DNA from: Myxococcota bacterium
GTDB lineage: Bacteria; Myxococcota_A; SURF-8
NCBI GenBank assembly: GCA_963674735.2
Contig: CAXXQS010000001.1
Coordinates: forward strand, 1,280,001-1,344,000
Direction: 5' to 3'
DNA: 64,000 bases
The position numbers and the translations under genes are program-made. The notes beneath the pieces are model-generated. The model did not search any database, was not told where the DNA came from, and was given only the letters and a program-made list of their open reading frames with translations. Positions 39,501 to 45,893 of the stretch are shown here, piece by piece. Numbering within the stretch: position 1 is the first letter of the stretch; every line of letters starts with the position of its first letter.

Positions 39501-39634
39501 AAGTCAGCAAAACCGAGAGCGAAAGCTATTTCGGTGGTGAAGATGGTAAATGGTATTGGATCGAAGTTCGCTACATCAGCGGTAGTTCCTGCGATAACTG
39601 GACCTTGCAGGTGCATGGCGGCAACTGCGGCTGA
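30524..39634 (+). CDS. Giant (~3,030 aa) Cys-rich surface lipoprotein: Ig-like ASH/choice-of-anchor-D domains, three ~610-aa Cys-rich repeats, C-terminal PPC-like beta domain
   Basis: GGAGG RBS then ATG 30524; lipobox GIAC; about six LDFG...N.G...L....SNDPD Ig-like domains (~30920-32930); Cys-rich tandem units; C-terminal SPAGMDYDLHLY...YWIEVRY domain. Confidence 0.85.
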   Translation: MDARVFSCNTVKSLLLVLIVVAMGIACGDTGSITSDPDGDFESGEIGEGCASDEECGDGKVCHGGQCLAPEESPCIDGGLCLYDSDCGEGRICNDLCACTGEDGDLDDEGGRDSDTEFLPDDCERGAQISAEVELDFGFVPYGTEALESLHITSLCADVPLNITHVEIVSTSTEFRFADENTWPQTLDSLNDVLKLDIIYQPQNAGVDEGEIIISSNDPDGVYHVSLVTHYKGTVDIDVSPASIDFRDVVVGDPASEKTLIVKNLPGEQQDNAVLRINDVYFESGSSVVFDISELELPFYLGQGQQTELTVACQPPSAGEFSDKLVFESNDPDEPSLSVELLCKGVEPILAVEVLDDQNRLDFGLQRVAVPVSVDLTLSNAGGGILTVQVPQLVAGLSDAFSIDTSAFNGAEQQLQAGENVILPVTFNGLTAGEYTGQISIDSDTNGAQTFIVNLLGRSVASAVGADPEQLDFGPLRVGQQYTLTLALVNEGELPVTLQSIGWFEPPAVFSLGVDDVLVDVVLAPGERHELHITFAPTQRATYQSRIHFTTDDAVMQAGDVIVTGVGIAPVIQVEEIGNPDYNGLLDFGEVRLDHPATRTLRLTNVGDAVLALASANLTVNTDDQEFSIDYLHDILLAPNQNVSLGVGYAPVGLPGQDQGQLKLFSDDPFTPEKVIGLSGLATDQRLIISPMPALEFRDTHFAAHSTETVRLFNGGYIGVLLVTDLLITEGDTVFRLEPLAQQLPFELYPESQNSLAVEVTFVPIATGTREPPPEDFSGMLRISANSYLGDYTDYPLLGSGIPCPDGYWDLDDNPEDCEYRCDLTNGGVEMCDNKDNDCNNIIDDGDNVTYNCNPPDNATAICPHGACDFVCNESYHRCGDLCYADDDPEHCGQGCIECQNDSFDCTYVVCEEGLCGQAIGEDYCLIDFACYDYRGENPENECQICLPFYNQTNWSNKENDATCDDDLFCTIDDSCQEGACTGGGERDCSEAITQAECQSPVCNEEEDACETTAANEGADCMLGEAGDGWHETGDAGPGCREMDDSVAERRDYACAEGTCEFSVLETLNCNSQDGYYGGGNDAGCGLDPESLQRDYYANAHGECVYTTEQCEVKTCDEIDICEDVCYGSTIHHFKDGYVVEDSADCIEIWGSIVQDCAMKDSIDSDESEYDYITPGTVTDYIGCAGGDCTTQQYLDTCQPGTTIINEYGANGVGVSGPNSYDCQSFESVFCVADRYRYRSEWTCSGSPGYCHDSGVDTLETDCGFDACEGTCGSMRNGCNYHERGCDDGSCLDDVHGADDAQNYCEICGLSWAIGGAVSVDDCCGDDEHEFAINCNDSSNNGSCGTDLKGCCSAASDCLDHEGQCADGGLCHVFGDGGLKSYCDAGVWGDPDEDSVYCAADGCGFDWMDNPAGTNNRCCGDDPGEDIEQVQGADRICCYNGTGLDSGTSEGSILCLDGWLYDCNGAADDHSGLAMDKQTCDAVGDWYCGSSDTWSPTRENNCACEDDLECGSGYCKPDYDGVGDWCADVDQCVHNGRAYVEDEYSVDCYNSGGRAVCRSGNWLEESCGTDTTCADHACSDGTCGVTLPGPETLCNAAFACVAGEGDGLYGVPGEARCQGYCDAAGHCDYAGNCQDCTTQDGWYNTGDSGPGCSDMQDLDGERRDYYCADIGCQYTVTATMSCNDQDGYYGGGNTPGCGIDAVSQRRDYYVTENGTCAYTTTNCETVSCDGQDVCASVCDGTSVVESRDYYVTENGTDCLSVDGALDQDCLELLSDDTDGSSTAYTDPGIVTDYDDCSGGACVASSYRDACLTDTVLLEYAADGTGFAGPFNYDCQTLETLFCDGDRYLKRNEWNCSGNPGRCGDSGFDSLETDCGVDTCLGSCGNGINGCGYHLRGCAADACFDTVLDVDSAQNVCEGCGLDWSIGGDVAAATCCGDDSGEHARGCFSSSNNGSCGADAEACCGTSDDCVDHDGLCTDSLSCHLFGSGGKLSYCEDGIWQDPDENEDYCTASGCSFVWMSGQIDINKCCGDDPGEDFEQQEAADRSCCYNSAELASNASQSSLICFDGLLYDCNGAADDDSGLSAHVAVCDNVGDFYCSNSDDWLDGLDNGCPCVDDEDCVSGFCKSNPEGTASWCASETQCVYLGGFYDDGEYSPDCFDSGSRARCNNGTWVEESCGDDSACTDYYCSGGACGATHFSSTVQCNSDWACSSGSGDNAYGATGGYLCRGYCDGAGNCDYASDCSDCNIQDGWHNTGDSGPGCGSLDDPMGELRDYYCSSGACGYGVTDTLDCDDLDGYYGGGDTAGCGDDPSATQRDYYVSSGGSCVYTTQSCATLDCDGQDACSGSCNGSIVASYQDFYVAYNSDTCAYSLGGDGEDCATKASIDSDGAANAFTIGGSVTDYVGCAGGACTSQSFADVCESATTLREYGASGSGTSSQVADCENNETTFCQDNRYRYRNEWECKGAPAYCGDSGYDTLVQDCGTGTCLGVCGSGPDGCTYHERGCSGTDCYDLIRPGDDGQSYCTGCGLSWNLGGEVAASTCCGDDAGENSRTCSDDSANGDCGVDMLACCGAASDCVDHNGACADSGSCHGFGSAALKSYCSNGTWQDPDESSTYCAATGCGYAWLANVGSGNRCCGDDGAEDIEQTAGTARSCCYNGLQLASGATSGSVQCYNGQLYDCNGAANDDSDLSTHSSTCGKVGSLYCTSANTWASKLENGCGCLTGSNCQSSYCKNDYDGSGAWCANSSQCAHNAAIYSSGQKAPDCVNAGAERLCANGSWSSQSCGSDTTCSDYACSSGSCGVTHYNNSTQCDTTYRCSSGTGNNHYAVGGDYLCRGYCDGAGACDYADSCDNCGDNFSHASGTCSSNSCTMGSCLTGYADCAGGTADGCEVNLNDGGGNCSDGASLGNLCGDKYKGFLCPSSCEHKSEQDRSGYGERWFKIYIEECSICISDVKIRVRLQSPAGMDYDLHLYEPCGTERASSTNGAGQLDEVSKTESESYFGGEDGKWYWIEVRYISGSSCDNWTLQVHGGNCG
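33605..39090 (+). repeat. Three diverged tandem intragenic repeats, period 1836 and 1830 nt
   Basis: Unit starts DGWHETGDAGPGC (33605), DGWYNTGDSGPGC (35441), DGWHNTGDSGPGC (37271); shared CCGDD, LYDCNGAADD and GYCDGAG motifs in register. Confidence 0.92.
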
Positions 39635-40007
39635 TCGGTTGTCAGAGTGATTCGAAAAGTACGGCCCGGCGTTTGTGCGTCGGGTCGTTTTCGTCGGTAC
39701 GCCAGGAAATGGCGCAGGATTCCCTTTTGCAGTGGAAGTCGACGAAGTCTCCCTAAAATTGTATGCTGGCAGGTGTAACCATTGGGAAAGGCTTGCTGAT
39801 TCCCTCGGCGACAGGAAAGATAGTAGCCCTTGGTTGGAACAAGTCCATCAAGGACGAACTGCTGGCTTTTTTTCCCATCAAAAGGCAGAATGAGGTCGTT
39901 TCGCTACCGAAACACGGCAACTTAGAAGAAGCAGCAGGACCTTTCGTTAGAGTACGGAACTGGAAATGAAGATTAAACCATGCCTTCAACAGAACGGAAG
40001 TTGAAAA

Positions 40008-40847
40008 TTGTTTGAAAAACTTAAGCAGATCAATAGTCGTCCCAAACCCTTTGAATTTTACACCGCCCGCGATTTGTGGACAGACAAACACACGTCGAAG
40101 CAGATGATTCAAAACCATTTGAATGACAATGTCGAGCTGTCTTCGCGAAACTCCCGGTTTATCGATAAGTCGGTGGAGTGGATCGCGTCACGATTCTCCA
40201 TCGATTCGGAATCGACGGTAGTCGATTTCGGCTGTGGACCGGGACTCTATACCACGCGCCTGGCTCGCCTTGATTCCCGGGTGACGGGAATCGATTTCTC
40301 GAAACGTTCGATTCAGTATGCGCGAGAAAGCGCAGAAAACGAACGACTGTCCATCGACTATGTCAATCAGAACTATCTGGAGTACGCAACCAACGAACGT
40401 TTTCATCTTGCGATGATGATCTATTGTGACTTCTGCGCGCTTAGTCCCAAGCAGAGAGAGGAGATGCTCAACAGGTTTCACACGGTTTTAGAGCCGGGAG
40501 GACGGCTTCTCCTGGATGTTCATTCTTTAAAGGCCTTTGAAAAGCGTGAAGAATTGGCGACATATGAATTCAACCAACTCAACAGGTTCTGGTCACCCGA
40601 TGACTACTACGGCTTTCTCAATATTCTCAAATACGAAGACGACAAGGTTATGCTGGACAAGTACACAATCATTGAAGAATCACGCACTCGAACCGTTTAC
40701 AACTGGTTGCAGTACTTCAGCCCGGAAATGATCGAAGCTGAATTCTCCAGATGTGGGTTCACAATTGTTGAACTCTTTTCAGATGTTTGCGGTAATAGGC
40801 TCGATTCCAATTCTGAAGAACTTGCTATCGTTGCAAAAAAGAAGTGA
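40008..40847 (+). CDS. Class I SAM-dependent methyltransferase
   Basis: VVDFGCGPGLY motif I, VTGIDFS, LEPGGRLLLDV. Confidence 0.9.
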   Translation: MFEKLKQINSRPKPFEFYTARDLWTDKHTSKQMIQNHLNDNVELSSRNSRFIDKSVEWIASRFSIDSESTVVDFGCGPGLYTTRLARLDSRVTGIDFSKRSIQYARESAENERLSIDYVNQNYLEYATNERFHLAMMIYCDFCALSPKQREEMLNRFHTVLEPGGRLLLDVHSLKAFEKREELATYEFNQLNRFWSPDDYYGFLNILKYEDDKVMLDKYTIIEESRTRTVYNWLQYFSPEMIEAEFSRCGFTIVELFSDVCGNRLDSNSEELAIVAKKK

Positions 40848-41098
40848 GAGTGAAGCTCCGTTTTATCTCTTTGTTGCAAGAGGTAACAATCGGGCTCCGA
40901 AATCACTCATCCAAGTCAGCAGACGCATCTCGGACTGTCAACCCAATATTGAGTCAATTGTTACGGCAACAGGGTGTTACTGCTTGAATGTGGGTGAAAG
41001 ATCGCCGACCAGCGGCGCGGAGCTGACACACACAAGTCCAATGACAAGCGCCTATGCGTTGCGTGTTTACAAGCGCGGACGATCGGCGAGCGCGGTCT

Positions 41099-42466
41099 CT
41101 ACTTGGATAGGCACACCGTTTTGACGTTCATGAATTCACGGATGCCCTCGCGGGACAACTCGCGGCCATAACCCGAAAGCTTGACGCCACCAAAAGGAAG
41201 GTGGGGGTCGCTTTTGGTGAAACTGTTGATAAAGACCGCCCCGGTTTCCATGCGCCGAGCCAGATCGCGGGCACGGTCGAGGTCGGCGGTCCACAATGCG
41301 CCGCCCAGTCCGTAATCGGAGGAATTGGCGATGCGCAGGGCCGTTTCCGCGTTGCCCGCTACGATGACCGGCGCCACCGGGCCGAAGGTTTCCTGCATGG
41401 CGACGATGTTGTTCAGTTTGACATTCGATAGCAGGGTGATGGGGTAGAACGCGCCGCGCCCTTCCGTAATGAATCCGCCCAGTTCGAGACGCGCGCCCTG
41501 CTTGACCGATTCCGTCACCTGGGCGTGCAACTCCTCGCGCAGATCGAGCCGGGCCATCGGGCCGACTTGCGTGCTGCGGTCCATGGGATTCCCAACCTTG
41601 AATTCGGACAAATTCAGGCGAAAAGCGTCAAGGAAGCTATCCGCGACAGACTGTTCGACGATGAAACGTTTGGCGGCAATACAGCTCTGACCGTTGTTGA
41701 GCATGCGTGAAGACGCCGCGGCTTTGGCCGCGCGTGGAATATCGGCATCGGCCAGGACGATGAAGGGATCGCTGCCGCCCAGTTCGAGAACCGTCTTTTT
41801 CAGTGACGCACCGGCCGCCGCCGCCACCTTTCGACCCGCCGCCTCGCTGCCGGTGAGCGTGACGGCCCGAATCCGGCGGTCACGTATCACGGCGTCGGTG
41901 GATGCGGCCGAGATCAGCAGAGTGGTGAAGGCACCCCGTGGAAAGCCCGCTTCGAGGAAGACGCGTTCGATCGCCATCGCGCAGCCGGGGACGTTGGAGG
42001 CGTGTTTGAGCAAGCCGACATTACCCGCCATCAGGGCGGGAGCGGCAAAGCGAAAGACCTGCCAGAATGGGAAGTTCCACGGCATCACGGCCAAAATCGG
42101 TCCGATCGGGTCGTAACGCACATACGACTCATCCGCACCCGATTGTTCGGGGCGGGGGCTAAGAAAACGTTCGGCGTTTTCGGCGTAGTAATCACAAACC
42201 CAGGCGCATTTTTCGATTTCGGCTTCGGCCTCTACGATGGGTTTTCCCATCTCATTCGTAATCAAAGTCGCGAATTCGTTCTGCTTTTCGCGCAATATCC
42301 GAGCAGCCGCCTGAAGGCGTTTGCTGCGAAGGGGAAAGTCGCTTTCGCGCCACTGGTTGAAAAATTGCTCCGCGCCTTGCAATTTGGCATCGATCTGCTC
42401 GGGCGAAATTTCGTCATAATGCTCGATCAGCTCTCCGGTCGTAGGATTCAGGCTCTCGATTGCCAT
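41099..42466 (-). CDS. NAD(P)-dependent succinate-semialdehyde dehydrogenase (Sad/SsaD type)
   Basis: MPWNFPFWQVFRF, LKHASNVP, LTGSE, LELGGSDP, NGQSCIAAKR, ETFGP, PFGGVKLSGYGREL. Confidence 0.9.
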   Translation of the reverse strand: MAIESLNPTTGELIEHYDEISPEQIDAKLQGAEQFFNQWRESDFPLRSKRLQAAARILREKQNEFATLITNEMGKPIVEAEAEIEKCAWVCDYYAENAERFLSPRPEQSGADESYVRYDPIGPILAVMPWNFPFWQVFRFAAPALMAGNVGLLKHASNVPGCAMAIERVFLEAGFPRGAFTTLLISAASTDAVIRDRRIRAVTLTGSEAAGRKVAAAAGASLKKTVLELGGSDPFIVLADADIPRAAKAAASSRMLNNGQSCIAAKRFIVEQSVADSFLDAFRLNLSEFKVGNPMDRSTQVGPMARLDLREELHAQVTESVKQGARLELGGFITEGRGAFYPITLLSNVKLNNIVAMQETFGPVAPVIVAGNAETALRIANSSDYGLGGALWTADLDRARDLARRMETGAVFINSFTKSDPHLPFGGVKLSGYGRELSREGIREFMNVKTVCLSK

Positions 42467-42506
42467 TGGAGATTCCTTTCAAGTTCAATACGGCTTCCAC
42501 CGTTTA

Positions 42507-44204
42507 TCAGTGTCGTAAAATCTCACCCAAGCGCTTGGTAAGCTTGAGGTTTTCCGAATAGTCAACCGGCACCACCACAACCGACGGCCGCGAGGCGTCG
42601 GCCAGCGCGGCTTGTAGAATCGGGACAAAATCCTGAGCTGCTTCAACGCGTGCGGCGCGGCAACCGAAGCTTTCGGCCAGCTTCACCAAGTCGGGATTGA
42701 GGAAGGCGGTGTGCGAATGTGCGCCGAACTGGGCTTCCTGCTTCCAAGTGATAAGTCCGTACTCGTTGTCTTCCCAGACGAGAAAAACCGCCGGGATTTT
42801 GTATTGCACCGCCGTTGCCAACTCCTGCACGTTCATCAGGAACCCGCCGTCTCCGCAAAGCCCGACGATGTGCTTTTCGGGATGCAAACGTTTGGCCGCG
42901 ATCGCGCCGGGCAGGGCGATACCCATGGAACAGAAGCCGTTCGAGATAATGCAGGTGTTCGGCTGGTAGGCCGGATAATTACGCGCCACCCACATTTTGT
43001 GCGCGCCCACATCGCTGATGAGGATATCGTCGTCGCGCATCACCTCACGCAGGTCGCGTAGAATGCGTTGCGGCTTCATGGGAAAGTGGTCGCTGGAGGC
43101 TTCGTATTCCAGCTCGGTCAGAATGTGTCGCCGCTCGGTGGCGAACTCCTCCACATCGCGTTTGTGGGCGTCGGTGAGGCCCTCGTTGATCGCCCACAGC
43201 GACCCGGCGATGTCTCCCACCACTTCGATTTCGGGCCGGTAGTGGTCGTCCACCTCGGCCGGGCTGAAATCGATATGCAGCACGTTCTTGTCGTTTTGCG
43301 GATTCCATACGGAGGGATGCCATTCCACCATGTCGTAGCCGATGCAAATCACCAGGTCGGCTTTGAAAAACGCTTCCGTGACGTGGTCGCGCGACTGCAA
43401 GCCGGCCGCCAGCAGACTGCGTTCGTGGCGAGCGCTGACGGCTCCCTTGCCCATGAAGGTATGGGCGACGTAAAGGCCGGTGGCGTCCACAAAACGATTA
43501 AGCTGCTTCATGGCACGGGTCCGAACACAGCCGTTACCCGCCAGAATGATGGGACGGCGACTGTTTTGAATTAGCTCCAAGGCCTGGGATACCGCTTTTT
43601 CGTCGGGTCCGGGTCGACGCACCTTGATTCCACGCTTGAAGGGCTTGTTCGAGGTTTCTTTCTTCGCAATGTTTTCAGGCAGTTCAACAAGACACGCGCC
43701 CGGTTTTTCCGCCATCGAGAGTTTGAAGGCTTTTCGAATCACCTCCGGAATGTTGCAGGCTTCGTGCACGGAATGCGCCCATTTCGTGATCGGCTGGAAC
43801 ATGCCGACGATGTCCATATTCTGATGCGATTCCTTGTGCAGACGTAGGGTGCTTCCCTGACCGGCGATGGCGACCACCGGGCTGTGGTCCATATTTGCGT
43901 TGGCGACGCCGGTAACCAGGTTGGTCGCGCCGGGGCCGAGCGTGGCCAGGCAAACGCCCGGTTTGCCGGTCAGACGACCGTGCAGATCGGCCATGAAAGC
44001 CGCGCCCTGCTCGTGTCGGCAGATGATGAACTCGATGGGAGAGTCTAAAAGCGAGAGCATCAGGTCGGCATTTTCTTCACCCGGCACACCGAAAATGGTG
44101 TCAACACCTTCTTCTTCCAGGCAGCGGAGAAACAGATCCGACGCTTTTTGAAAGTGAACATCTCGCACGGGATCGCCACTGGGCTTTTCGCATTTGGACG
44201 GCAC
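42507..44204 (-). CDS. ThDP enzyme of the acetolactate-synthase family, probable 2-oxoglutarate decarboxylase (OgdA-like)
   Basis: FGVPGEEN, RHEQGAAFMA, LGPGATNL, DVGAHKMW, GDGGFLMN; directly upstream of SSADH; no ilvN/ilvH nearby. GTG 44204 follows an AAGGA RBS (ATG 44243 is an alternative start). Confidence 0.8.
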   Translation of the reverse strand: MPSKCEKPSGDPVRDVHFQKASDLFLRCLEEEGVDTIFGVPGEENADLMLSLLDSPIEFIICRHEQGAAFMADLHGRLTGKPGVCLATLGPGATNLVTGVANANMDHSPVVAIAGQGSTLRLHKESHQNMDIVGMFQPITKWAHSVHEACNIPEVIRKAFKLSMAEKPGACLVELPENIAKKETSNKPFKRGIKVRRPGPDEKAVSQALELIQNSRRPIILAGNGCVRTRAMKQLNRFVDATGLYVAHTFMGKGAVSARHERSLLAAGLQSRDHVTEAFFKADLVICIGYDMVEWHPSVWNPQNDKNVLHIDFSPAEVDDHYRPEIEVVGDIAGSLWAINEGLTDAHKRDVEEFATERRHILTELEYEASSDHFPMKPQRILRDLREVMRDDDILISDVGAHKMWVARNYPAYQPNTCIISNGFCSMGIALPGAIAAKRLHPEKHIVGLCGDGGFLMNVQELATAVQYKIPAVFLVWEDNEYGLITWKQEAQFGAHSHTAFLNPDLVKLAESFGCRAARVEAAQDFVPILQAALADASRPSVVVVPVDYSENLKLTKRLGEILRH

Positions 44205-44376
44205 GAGTCCTTCCTTTCCGCAATGTGAAGACCCGATCATCATGCCGGGCGGTTTGGTCTATTGAAAGCAGGTGTAACCAATTAACTTTATAGCACACCC
44301 CTCCAGTCGAAGCCAGTCAAGATCGTCGGGTCTGGCATGCGGGTTAACGTTACGGCTTCCATTGCGTCGGGAGCAT

Positions 44377-44412
44377 AAAAAGAGAGACGGGAACGCCTGG
44401 TTCCCGTCTCTT
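44377..44412 (-). terminator. Intrinsic terminator
   Basis: aaaaagaGAGACGGGAAC-gcctg-GTTCCCGTCTCtt. Confidence 0.8.
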
Positions 44413-44431
44413 GAACTCGATGAAAAGCTTG

Positions 44432-45874
44432 CTACGGATTGGGCTGTGTTTCGATGGAAACCGTATACTTCAGCCAGCCGTCCTCTTCTTTGCTGAGTGC
44501 GATGGCGTCTTCACAGGTGGCGTCTTCGTCCATACGCTGCATGTGGAAGAAACTCAGGTTTTCGTCGGGGAAGGCCGGGAAACTGAGCTCGGGGTAAACC
44601 AGCGAGTCCTGGTCCGCGCCGATTTCATACTGCTCGTTGTCGTGGAACACAATACCCTTGATATGATTTTCGTCGAGGATGGTCGCGGTGTGCAGGCGCG
44701 ATTCCCAACGCTGGGTACTGAAGATCTTGCCGTTTAAAAGGCCCGTGAGCTGGGTGGTCATGCCGGGGTATCCGTCCATATCCTGATCGAAAACACGCGG
44801 GTCGACGTTGTCGGGGTTGTCCAGGTCGAGTTTGGGGATATCTTCATTGAGAAGGTCTTCCAGGACCGCGCCGCGTACTTCGGTGAAGGTGCTGGTGGTG
44901 TCCCAGGTCGCGCCCGCTTCGAGTTTGGGCGGGTTTTCCAACTCGTGGCGCAGCATGGAGACGTTGTCCCAGTAGGCCTTCGGGATGATCATGCCGCCGG
45001 TGACGGTCTGGGTCGGATCTTCGACGCTGTACGTGACGGAACTACCATCATCCTCTTCCAACAGATTCCACATGAACATCTTGCAGGCTTTGGATTCGAT
45101 GATCAGTTTGTCGCCGTCGCGGCTGACACGCGTGAGCATGGTGTGCTGAGAAACGGTACTGATTTCGTTGATGATGGGAATCCCGGTGGTGAGCTGGGCG
45201 GTGTTGAACATCATGCCCCACACGCCGACATAGGCTTCGGCGTTGGAACCGGCATCGCCCGTGCCCAGATCCACTTCGCCGTTGTCCTGACAAACGGCGT
45301 CTTCGTTGCAACTCCACTGGTAACCGTAATCGATGCAGGGACGGTCGGCGCAGTTGTCCAGCCAATGATGGGTGGCGCAATCGAGATCCGGCACGCAGCT
45401 ACCTTTGGTTTCCGTTTGTGTGTCACCGTCGGGATCGTCGCCGTCAGAATCGTCGCCATCGGGAGCATCGCCATCGGGAGAATCCGAGACAATGCAGGCG
45501 AAATTATCGCAAATCAGTCCGTTGCCGAATTTCGCGCAATCTTCGTTGGTTTGACATTCCGACAAGCAATAGCCGCTCTCCTGGCAGATGCCGAAGGTGC
45601 AGTTGGCGTTGCTTTCGCACACTTCCAGACACTGGTAGGTTACGCATTCCATATTGGTGCCGTATAGCGCGCAATCTTCATTTTTCCGGCAATCGCTGGC
45701 GCAAAAACCGCCGGGATTGCAGAAACCGAAGCTGCACTGGTCGTCGGCGGTACACGTTTGATAGCCGAGGGAGTCGAAATCGGTCTCGTGTCCTTGTTCG
45801 ATGGCACAACCCGCAAGCAGGACCAAACCGAGCATGGCGAGTACCCAAACACTCATAATCGATGATCTATACAT
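44432..45874 (-). CDS. Cys-rich lipoprotein with DGD linker and unknown C-terminal domain
   Basis: AGGAGG RBS, lipobox LAGC, repeated CxxxxxCxFGxC modules, SPDGDAPDGDDSDGDDPDGD, DQDMDGYPGMT motif. Confidence 0.8.
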   Translation of the reverse strand: MYRSSIMSVWVLAMLGLVLLAGCAIEQGHETDFDSLGYQTCTADDQCSFGFCNPGGFCASDCRKNEDCALYGTNMECVTYQCLEVCESNANCTFGICQESGYCLSECQTNEDCAKFGNGLICDNFACIVSDSPDGDAPDGDDSDGDDPDGDTQTETKGSCVPDLDCATHHWLDNCADRPCIDYGYQWSCNEDAVCQDNGEVDLGTGDAGSNAEAYVGVWGMMFNTAQLTTGIPIINEISTVSQHTMLTRVSRDGDKLIIESKACKMFMWNLLEEDDGSSVTYSVEDPTQTVTGGMIIPKAYWDNVSMLRHELENPPKLEAGATWDTTSTFTEVRGAVLEDLLNEDIPKLDLDNPDNVDPRVFDQDMDGYPGMTTQLTGLLNGKIFSTQRWESRLHTATILDENHIKGIVFHDNEQYEIGADQDSLVYPELSFPAFPDENLSFFHMQRMDEDATCEDAIALSKEEDGWLKYTVSIETQPNP

Positions 45875-45893
45875 GGTATCCTCCTGCAACAGG

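Noticed and set aside
39763-39969. 68-aa ORF upstream of the methyltransferase
   Set aside because: No RBS or recognisable motif; cannot be supported.
40883-40964. Inverted repeat GTAACAAT...ATTGTTAC after the methyltransferase as an integron attC site
   Set aside because: The ends do not fit RYYYAAC/GTTRRRY, internal pairing is poor, and there is no integrase or second cassette.
42507-44243. Calling the ThDP enzyme biosynthetic ilvB
   Set aside because: No regulatory subunit or ilv genes nearby; coupling to SSADH fits the OgdA-like clade better.
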